Assembly (NCBI GenBank): GCA_037447605.1
Contig: CM074816.1
Location: 697,873 to 761,872 of the forward strand
Length of the DNA: 64,000 bases
Direction of reading: 5' to 3'
Source: Zygnema circumcarinatum SAG 698-1b
Lineage: Eukaryota; Plantae; Zygnematophyceae
Of this stretch, positions 48,230 through 58,700 are shown piece by piece. The notes below the pieces were generated by a model. The model did no database searches. It saw only the letters and a list, made by a program, of their open reading frames with translations, and was not told the DNA's origin. Both the position numbers and the translations under genes were made by a program. How positions within the stretch are numbered: the stretch's first letter is position 1; every line of letters begins with the position of its first letter.

Positions 48230-48850
48230 ACCGTACTTGGGGAATTACTATTTAAACACCTTTTTTGTATAGATACACACCTTTAAAAAAAAAAAAATCC
48301 CCCAATACGGGCCCTAAAACAAAATCTGACCGGCGAGAAAAGGTGTGAAAAAATCATTTTTCGTACTTTGTTGAAACTTCATCCTGTACAGTAAACCCCC
48401 CAATATTTTCGCCATGGTTTTGGCAAATTTGGGCGAAAATCCTGCAATTTGTAAATACAGTATAAGGTCCGTGTTACCAATAGGCGAGCGGTATTACAGT
48501 ATGTTAGAGTTCATGTATGACCGTACGTATCTTACCGTACCATATCGTACCGTATTGTACCGTGCCGTGTCGTATCGTATCGTACCGTATCGTATTGAAG
48601 CCAAAAAGTAGGGGAGAGGAGCGAGCGCCTCTTACGGCGGCACGTACGACAAGTGTCCGTACGTATCATATCGTATCGTATTGTATCGTAAATTTAGATA
48701 CACGAGCTCCTACTGTATTGGTGCCGTACGTAAGCCGTAAGCCGTAAGCCGTAAGCTGTCGCGAGCTCCTATTGGTGCCGTATACATACCGTACGATTTG
48801 AAGATTTTATCCGTAGTTACCGTACAGCGTAATAGCGTGACCCATGTTCG
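48230..48850. repeat. AT-rich dispersed repeat with CGTATCGTAC/CCGTAAG motif arrays (transposon-end relic)
   Basis: 48250-48350 shares AAATCTGACCGG..AAAAGGTG with 25345-25400; arrays cgtatcgtaccgtat and gccgtaa x4 resemble the hAT subterminal motifs near 31800-31835. Confidence 0.55.
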
Positions 48851-49338
48851 AAATCCGTTTCGATTAACAGATATTGTATTGAAAAATAGGTCAGGTTAGG
48901 TTAACACCCCTAATACATTAACACAGACTTACCGTACTAAAAGTGGTTTCGGCAAAATCAGGGCGAATTTCTTGGGAAACGCAAGTATTTTAGGGTGGAA
49001 AATATTAGGGGTGCTTACTGTAGCAAAAAATCTGCTGTCCGTATGTATCTGACGATATACCGGAATATCGAGTCCTCTCCCAGCTCGGACGCAGCGCCAC
49101 GCCACGCCACGCTGTGCCACGTCAGTACATATGCAAGCAGGGAAATCTGAATCCAGTCCAGCATAACTGTGACTAGTCGCCGTTGAACAGGGTTTCATGG
49201 AGACCAAGAGGTCCACCCCGCTGAGGGGCTGGCCACTGAGGCACAATATGGCGAGGCTCTCCTGGTCCTGCTCACTCCGCGGCATGGCTGCGCTACTATC
49301 AGTTCACCGGGCTTTCGGTATGAATGACTGGCTCCTAG

Positions 49339-49765
49339 GGGAGGCGGGAGAGGGAGAGGGAGAGGGAGTGGGAGAGGGAGAGGGAGGAGAGGGAGAGGGA
49401 GAGGGAGAGGAGAGGGAGAGGGAGAGGAGAGGAGAGGGAGAGGGAGAGGGAGAGGAGAGGGAGAGGGAGAGGGAGAGGGAGAGGGAGAGGGAGAGGAGAG
49501 GGAGAGGAGAGGGAGAGGAGAGGGAGAGGGAGAGGGAGAGGGAGAGGGAGAGGGAGAGGGAGAGGGAGAGGAGAGGGAGAGGGAGAGGGAGAGGGAGAGG
49601 GAGAGGGAGAGGGAGAGGGAGAGAGGGAGGGAGAGGGAGAGGGAGAGGGCGATAAGAGAGGAGAGGAGGGAGAGGGAGATAAGAGAGAGGCCAAGAGAGA
49701 GAGAGGGAGAGGGAGAGGGAGATAAGAGAGAGGAGAGGAGAGACAGAGAGAGAGAGGGAGGGAGC
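49339..49765. repeat. (GAGAGG)n purine-rich satellite
   Basis: About 430 bp of imperfect GGAGAG hexamers. Confidence 0.97.
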
Positions 49766-50724
49766 CTCCACAGGGAGCTCCGCAAGTGGTTCCCGAAGTG
49801 AACCTGCAAGTACCAGGTCCACCATTTGATGTGAGGAGCCAATGGATGGCAACGTTCTGGGAGCTCAGCGGTGCTTTTCTGTTGTTGTTAACAAAATGGT
49901 GAGGGCTTGCACGAAGCAGAGACAGTTGCATCCGAGAGCAGAGACTCTGTAACAAGCAGGGCCTATGGCAGTGCAGGGATGCCCATTGGTCACTAACAAG
50001 GCGAGCAGAAACTCGGGAAGTTCAATACTACTGCTCGGAGCAGGTAATGGGCCTTCGAGCTTTCTGATGGAGCTTTTGGAGCTCAAGTCGTTTGTTTCTT
50101 CTACACATACACTTGCCGTAGGCGAGGTGAGAAACCCTGCCCAAGAGGAGGAAAAATGACTGCAGTCATTTTCCTGGAGGAGCAACTGATTCCTGTTGGG
50201 AGGGAGCTGTCTTTATAGAGGTAAGTTCTTGATTTCTATGTGTTGTGTTCCCTTCATGGTTCAACTTTCTTCAACTTGCTGAAGCTCTGGATTTGGAACC
50301 TGCAGCGGAGCGTTTGTCAGCCTCGGAAACGAGGTATTTCAGCTGCAACAACAACCGCGTACTGCCACAAAGGTCCCTGGCGAGAATGCGCCCGCCTGAG
50401 CTGAACTTCCGCTGGCACACTTTGCCACAGCCCGCTGTAACCCAGAGCCCACCACATCGGATAAAGTGTTCACATGGCATAGCCAGGGGTATGTATGTGC
50501 ATGTGTGTGGTGTACATGTACATGACAAGTGTATTGTACCTTTATCGACCAACCAATGGTTGCAACCATTGAATCTCATGATTGTAGCCATTGACAATAA
50601 CAAATTGGTTGGATCGTGAACCAATGGTTGGTCCAATAGTCCGTACGGTACTGGGCTACTGGCACCAACATTACGCAACGACCCCGAGATGTAACCTCGC
50701 AGGCCGTACCATCCATCACATGGC

Positions 50725-52344
50725 CACGTGTCATGGTCCCCATTGTGCCACGTGGGTCGTCGGCGGCTATTCAAGAGCCTCCCGCTGATCCGGCAGACCC
50801 GCTCTACGGACGTTACAAAAAGGGTGGCACGTTCCGCTCCTTTTCCACCACGTGTCACCGAGGGTGGTCGGCCAGGCTCGAACCGAGCGACGGCGGCTGA
50901 AACCGGCTGTTGTCATCCATCCATCCATGCATGCGTCCGTGTGTGCGTGCGTGTGTACAATGTTGAATTCACACCAATGAGGACTCATTGTTGTTGTTGT
51001 TGTAACCGTAATTCTTACTTTGTAAATGCCTATGCAACATAATGTCCTCTGTTTCCGTGACATAAACACAACAGCATCATGTGTGTACGCAGCATTGATA
51101 TCTCCTTATTCATACAGAACTTGTGTTTTATTGGTTATTGGTGTCGTATTGGTTCCTTTACCTTTTTGTACTAGTTTTTTTTTTTTTTCCGTTGTTGTGC
51201 ATTGTCGCAATACAACATTTTAGTCATAGATGAAAAAGACAATACTGTATATACGTACAAATCACGGTTACAAGAACAACATTGAGAGGCCGGTGTGGCA
51301 TTGATGTCACGATGGCGATGCCATCAAATGTCCATGGACAAAATCATAATGGGTCCCACGAGGAAACAACGTTGAGTTGTTCATGGAACCCATGGATGGA
51401 AACAAGAACAATGTGCTGCATGTTGCACATGACTTCATCCTCTAATTGTTTTCGCGTACCGGTAGCACGAAAATCGGCCAGGTCGTGATCCAAAGGGAAA
51501 ATGCCAAACAGACGATTGCACTGTACGATTTCGATGTACCGCAGGTCGACCGACGTCGCGGTTCACCCTCCGTCCTGCCGTCACTGTCCGTCATCGCCAG
51601 CTCCTCAAGGGGGATACGCCAGAGTTGCCCGCCCGATCGCCAGCTGTCGCAACATACCAGCTGGGGACACGTGTGTAAATCTAATTGGTCAACGTGCCAC
51701 AATCTGCCTGTTCGTACAGAGTGGGTCTGTCGTTTTCGCCCGGCCCTTCATGAGAGTGTCCACAGGTCCATTGCAAAGGCCTGACCCACCTGCTCGCCTA
51801 GCTGGGAAGGTGTTGGCGTGGTAGCCTGCCATTGCCATTCCTTCTCTCAAGCCGCAGTGGACACGTGGTAGTGGAGGCACTACGCGACAAGACTTGGGGA
51901 AACGCCTGACGGGGCGGGCGGCTTGGCGGCTTGGCGCCTTCTGGTTCTTAAGGCCGTACCGTACGGCTCCATCGTGGCAAACATTCCCTGACTTTTCCTG
52001 GCCTCGCGGGAGCCCGCGAATCAGATCCATGTTCGGCAATTCGTTATTCGCCATTCGCCGGATGTGGCATGATCACAGAGCTAAATCAGCGTCCGTACGA
52101 CTGCCGGCGGAATGACGCGAGGGGCCGTTACCGGCTGACCGCCCGCGCAGGACAAGCGCCGCGGCCGCCGCGCATTCAATGCTGGATGCGCCAAATCTAA
52201 TGCCCCCACAGGCCGCACTCGCAGCCGACACGTGTCCTCGATGAATCTCGTTGACGCGGTCGCGGATCTTCAGAGCGCAGATCCGCCCCATCCCGCCCGC
52301 CCGCCCGCCCGTCCATCAGCTGACCATTCTGCGGCCGACACGTG
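50725..52344. promoter_or_regulatory. Cluster of seven CACGTG (G-box/ABRE-like) sites upstream of gene B
   Basis: CACGTG at 50725, 50749, 50849, 51668, 51862, 52229 and 52339. Function not demonstrated. Confidence 0.35.
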
Positions 52345-52793
52345 GTCCTCGTGGCATGCGTGCGTCAGCAGCCCTTCCAGCGTCGGCGCTGCGGCCCGAG
52401 GCCACGTCAGCCGCGCATTCCGCCATGGTCCCGCGCCCATCCCGCGCCTTCTGAACGTTTTGGCCGTTAGCGCGGGGCGGGTCGGTCCGGGCGGGCGGGC
52501 CCGGGCCTGCCCGCCTTGATGGAGCCGCCAGCGCGGCGACGGCGGACGCCCGGCAACTTGCCGGAGGCCGCTTCGCGACAAAGCACGATCGGTCCGTACA
52601 CAATTTGGAGCGGGCGGCGGCTCCGGGGCGTGCGGCTATCGCATAGCGGGCGGGGTGTTATGCGGCGGGCGGAAGGCGAGGAGAGGGAGAGGGCGAGGGA
52701 GAAGGAGAGGGAGAGGGAGAAGGGGGGCGACTGGGAGAGAGAGAGGGGCAGGCAGGGTCGCCGAGGAACCAGAGCAGCTTTTTGATCGACGCC

Positions 52794-55700
52794 ATGGCGG
52801 CCGCCACGCGTCTCCTCGCCATCGTGCTTCTCTTGGCGAGGGCAATGTCTGCCTTGGCGGCAGGTGCGAGGGGCGGGAGTAATGGGAAGGGCGAGCGGGA
52901 GGTGGGGGGGATTGGAGGGGATTGAGTGNNNNNNNNNNAGGGCGGGCGGGCGCTGACTGCCTGCTCCTGCTCGCGGGTGGTGAGGGGGTGCAGACTCCCT
53001 GATCGCCGCGCAGGGCCTGTGGGTGCTCGCGCAAGGGCCCTCCTCCTCCTCCGCCTTCGCTTTCAGGCAGGCGCAGGGAAGCAAGTGCTTCGGCGTGCCT
53101 GGCGGCAGCAAACAAGGGAGCCTTGTCATACAGATTTTTGGTGCGTCTCCTGCATCCTGTACTGCAGAATACTGAGACAGAATCATAGTTCGATTTCGAA
53201 GCGAAATTAGCGAGTAGAATTTCAGCACTTTTCCTTGTAAGTTTGTATGCTTTGGATTTTAAGGTCACACTGAAAGATGGAGCTCCTTAAACCATCACGA
53301 TATTCACAATCATGTCCTTGCAGGAAAGCAAGAAGCAAGAAGCAAGGCTACTGTTCAAAATTTATAAAAGCTGTTGTTGCATTTTTTCTTGTCGTTCAAA
53401 CATGGTGTCACCTGGACCCCTCTTTTTGGTGATTACTGATTCGTCTTTTTTACTATCTGTGCTATGTGGTGTGTAGAGTGCGATTATGGCTCATCCCAAA
53501 TGTTCATTCCCATATACCAGCAGTCCGCAGGCCTTGCTGTGCAGTGGCAAAATGTGGCGTCGGGAAAGTGCCTGGACTCGAAGACTGGGACTAAAGGAAC
53601 CACTGTAGTTCAAAGGGCCTGTGCTGCTTCAGAGGCTACAATGACAAGCCAATTGTGGAGAGCTCTTTCTCTCGCTAGTTTCCAAATGCTGTGTGAGTAC
53701 CCTCTCCCTTCCCTCTCCTTTTCTCTCACTCACCTGTATGGCACACTCCTTTCCCTCTATTTCCTCCCCTCTCCTCTCCTCTTCTCTCACTTTCCCTTTC
53801 AATCTTCTTTCTCTTTCTTTTTCTTCCTTTCTTCTTTATCTTCCCTCTCCTATCTTCCTCCCTTTCTCTCTTTTCCCTCTACCTTCTCTCCCGACCCGGC
53901 CGCATTGTTGGAACATTGGCAGTAGTGATTCTGACTTTGGTAATAGCTTACTAGTGGACAGTCACCTAGTGCTTGTATAAATACTATCAACGTGAGGCCG
54001 GAGATTACGACAAATCGCCGAATTTAGTGAATCAGTGGCGGTGAAAGTACACCGTCTTCTTTGAACTCGACTGTCAGTTGAATCAAACTGCGAGTTGAAA
54101 GCTGAACTGGACATGTAATCAGGATTCAGTCAAATCCGCGCCATGGTTGAGCCCTGCGCATGCTTGGAGTACCGCATTATCTCTTCAGGGGAGGGGTCCT
54201 AAGTGGTGGAACCTGAAAGAGAACATGCGATTGTTTTGGGGCTGGATAGGGCGTGTAAGTCACTCCGAAAACGAATATTCTAAGAGTATATCAAGCATCA
54301 TGATGATGAATCGGAAAACATACTTTGGTCCTTACATATCACGCGTCCATTTCAACGATGACTCCTTGGAGTTCCATGATCGGCGTCACTGAATGAACAA
54401 CTTTTGAACGCTTGCACTCCTTATTGAAACTTTTACGTCCTACATTCTCAGCAAAGATTTATCTTCAAACTCATTTCAAGCATTGAAAGTAGGCCTGTTG
54501 CCTCGTTTGAAAGTAGAATCAACGTTCCGCTTACTAGAGGATCTGACTTGAAGTTGCCAGTTTCAACCCTCGCCTTCTTCGTGTTCTATGGATTGGATAC
54601 CAATCCATAATCTGCTGAAAGGGAGGATATACAGTCCGAGTTCCCACTCCATTCCTGCGTGGATTTGGAGTTTTATGGTATTTGAAAGCTTCACGGCTTC
54701 TATCTTGATAGCATTTTCAGGAAAGCGTCATTCCAGAAAGGATTTCGGAACCAAGCCATGGCACAAGAAAGAAAGAGCAAAAAAAGAGGGGAAACGACGG
54801 TGACATCGTTTCCATCGTTCACCTCTTAGTCCACATGGGCAAAAATGCTTGTGAGACGCATGAAATTAGAACGACTTCATTCTGAGTCCAGAATTTTGAC
54901 CCTGCTCCATTTTTCTGTTTATTTTCTGTTATGTTTCTCTTGCTTGTGCAGTTATCCCACCTCCCCCTCCTCTGAGGCCTCCCCCGCCCCCTCCAAGCCC
55001 GCCTCCACCTTCGCCTCCACCTCGACCTCCACCTCGATCTCCACCTCCAACTCGACCTCCACCTCGGTCTCCACCTCCACCTCGTTCTCCACCTCCTCTC
55101 AAACAAAGTCCACCACCAAGAATGCCTTCGCCTCCTCCACCCTCGCCTCCACCCCCGGCTCCGCCTGCGCCTCCCCCGCCTGCCCCTTCTGCAGAAGGTA
55201 ACGAACACCTGTACTTTGCCTTGAATTCGCCTTCCAAAAGGGATTCGTATTGTCAGTATGAAGGAAGAAGCGTATTCTCGCATCTATGNNNNNNNNNNTC
55301 AGCTCAGCGGCAGCATTTCACCTTCGATTGGCAACCTGGCGTTCCTGTTGACTTTGTGAGCAGCACTCTCCTTGGAACCATCAGAACTGAGGGAGGAAAA
55401 GTCAATGTTGATGTATTCTTTTGTTATCTACGAGAAGCTCTCTTCACCCCTTAACAGTAACACCCGAGGAGGAAGGTGCCTTGCCGTCTGCCCACATAGC
55501 GGAATTCTGAATCATTCGCTTTGCTTGTCAAAATGTTCACGATTGCATCTGAGATCACCGCGTTTCACATATTGCAACGAAGCCCTTACAATTCCGTGTG
55601 TTTCTCTGAACATTCAGGGATTTGTCAAACAATAACTTCACAGGCACTATACCGGATTCAATCGGAGGTCTGCAAAGCCTGAAACTACTGTATGTTGCTC

Positions 55701-58700
55701 CGTTTCACCCAATACTTCCAAGTCAATCCGGTGCAAAAATGATCTGCTGGAATGGCCTCTTATCTTGTTGCAACGTTGTCTACAGCCTGCCTGTTTTCCT
55801 ATGATTAGCCGAGTCCGTGATAGGATGGAAAAGCTAGTTCAGCTAGTAGTAGTAGCTAGTTTAGTAGCTAGTTTAGTTAGGAATGTGTTTTCAGACATGA
55901 AGGATTTGGCTTCCTTCTAATGCCAATCTGTTGCATACTGAGCAGTTGTGGGATGTTAAATAGTGGCTAGTCGTATTGAATGGTTTCCTCCAAAGATAGC
56001 TAGAAGTACTCTTTGGATGCAGCTGCGTGGGGAGAGCCATAAAATGTTGATGCACCATGGCAGTTTGTTTTAGTACCCACTTCTGAACGAATACATCAGG
56101 CAAAAATAACATGACGGAGCTATTGTAACATTTTTCTTTTCCCACTTGTTGCAGGGACTTGTCAAATAATCAATTGACTGGGAGCATTCCCTCTTCCCTT
56201 GGAAATGCCACTGCTCTAAGGACCCTGTGAGTGGCAAACCGGTTTCTAACCATGACTCTGCTTTTATCTGTGATCTGTAACACTGATGGTGCAGAATTTT
56301 AAGTTCTTGAAGGGGAATCAATCGGAAATGTTAATTCTCGAAATTCGTAGTTCTTTGGAGGGCATTTAAGGATTTTGAACTGCCTCCAGGTTTCAATTGT
56401 GTACATCTTTTGCATAAGTCTTTCACTTGCTGGGACCAGCTGAAGGCATTCTCATGAGCATCATAGCATATAGAGATGGATTGGATGATCTTGATCTTTC
56501 TACGTTTGGCTTAACGAAAATCGACAACTTGGCGCATGATTACAGAAACTTTGGCAACAATTTACTGAGCGGCGCCATTCCTCCAATAATTGGGACCCTC
56601 AACAGCCTCAAGTACTTGTAAGTGTGTGTGGCCTGTTTTCGTGGCAATGATCTCTCGTGCATTTTTTATTCGTTTCCAGGAAGGGAATGTAGAGGAGGTA
56701 GGAGCAGAAAAATGTGACTATAGGCCTCCGTGGCAGTCTGCCTCTCAGTAAAACACATGAGGTCAATTTCGAGTGATTTCTGGAATATTCCACAGGGTTC
56801 ATTGACTCTTTTGCGTCCTCATTCACAGGACTTTATCCTTCAATCAACTTACAGGTGGTGTTCCTGCAAGCCTCGGTGGGCTTTCGGCTATCAAGACGAT
56901 GTAAGCTGACTGAGGACGAACTGTACAATCAAACGCTCAACTCATTTGAAGTAGCTGAAGCTAAACTTTCATGAGGCAAATGATTTTCCAGACTTAGGCC
57001 TCATAGTTTAAGCGGGTTAGGCCATAGCTTGACCGATCCGTCCCATACGCTAAGCTCAATGCGCGAGCGCTGAAATTCAGAGTCCAAGTCAAATTCGGAA
57101 CGCTCAGAACGCGATCCTGTGCTGTGCTGTGCAGTTCTCTTGCAAATAATCTGCTCATTGGACCCCTAGTTGTCGACTTCGGGTTAATCGGACAGGCAAC
57201 CTTCGACTTCAGTAACAACTACTTGTCGGGTGAATACACCGTCAAAGTGAACGGGATTGTTGCACAGTGTACTGGCATTGGTATGAACTGCTTTTCCGAT
57301 TCAAATGTGAGTTCGTGCAGTCCTCAGAGAGACGCAGCTTCCTGCGCTCTGTTCTGCAATGCGACTCAGCCTCAAGGCGCATGCGGAGGAAACGGCTTCT
57401 GTTATCTTAACGGAAGCCAACCCACATGTGCATGCACTAGCGGCTTTGTACCCTCCGCCAATAATGTCTCCTGCGTGTTTGGTGAGTGCTACATACCTCT
57501 TTCCCCTTCTGACTCGCTCTCTACTCATAGACCTGTCAACATAGGAGCTTTAACTTGCTTACGTAACCGTTCAACCTGATCTGTAGATGGGCAGGTTGGA
57601 TGGTGTTCTTAATTTTTTTGAGCTTCCAGGTTCAAAGTCTGTTTACTTTTATGTGCTGTTGGATTCACACAGTGAAAAAAAATCTGTGCAGAGGGGCGTG
57701 GGTCTGGTCTCAATCTGACAACTGCCCTTATTACAAAGGTGAATCCCTATTTTCGGTATGTAAGCTCGGGCTATTTGAGGCGAAGAAGCGGCAAAGGTTC
57801 GTGGCAGGTCGCCATTTCGTGGAACTGGACTGAAGAGGGAGCTGTTCAGAGCATCAAAGATCAAAAAAATTGCAGTAAGTGCACTTTTTTTTAGCAGATT
57901 CTTGCTCAACTCGACTGCTTGTTCGTTTTTTAGTTCTTTTAGAAAGACTGGTCCTTTGATCCCTTCCTACAAATTAGCCTATGTTCATCAATGGCCTCCA
58001 AACCTCTAATCCTCATCTCATCTTCCTGCATACCGCATCGTCTCTTCCATCACAAGTGCTTCTCCTGTTCTGATGAACTGAACACGAGCGTTATGTTTTG
58101 CGTAATTGTAGGCACTTGTTGGATATTCGCTCCGATATCTGCGATAGAAAGCGCCCTGTACATCGCAAGCGGTGGGCAGTCTCCGGTGCCGCAATTGGCG
58201 GAGGATCAGGTCCTGACCTGCTCGGGGAGCAACAAAACGTGCGGGGCCGGAGGGTGGCCCACAGAGACGCTCGAATATGCCTTGAGCAACAACTTACTGC
58301 TGCAATCCAACTTCGTGGACTCTTCCAGCTGCGGACAGGTAAGAACATTCTAAAAGAGATACGATCAAACTTTTGTCACTGCATCTACTCATGGCGTTCG
58401 CCATTCACGAGACTCTTTAAAACCCCTGCCAACTGTATCGGCACTTCCCCGAGCTTACAGTTTGTGTGCGGAGTCTGCAGGGCGACAATGCGCTGAGAGT
58501 GTCCTCCTACGAGCAGGTGCAGTTCAACGGTTGGCTCGGCCTCCTGCTCATCCTGCAGCAGCAAGTGGCCGTTGTCACTATTGAGGCGTCCGGCGATAGC
58601 TTCATCAATTACAACGGAGTAAGATCAGTGTGAATGCTTCTGTTACCTTCCGTCCACATATTTTACGTCGCCGAACCATTTTGTGTCTTTCACGCCTGTA

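Noticed and set aside
49195-49955. Long SLSLSPSP / EGEGER ORFs
   Set aside because: Artefacts of the stop-free (GAGAGG)n satellite.
49140-50520. Possible exons of an unknown gene (splice-like sites at about 49190, 49318 and 50220)
   Set aside because: I could not build a consistent reading frame or recognise a domain; needs RNA-seq.
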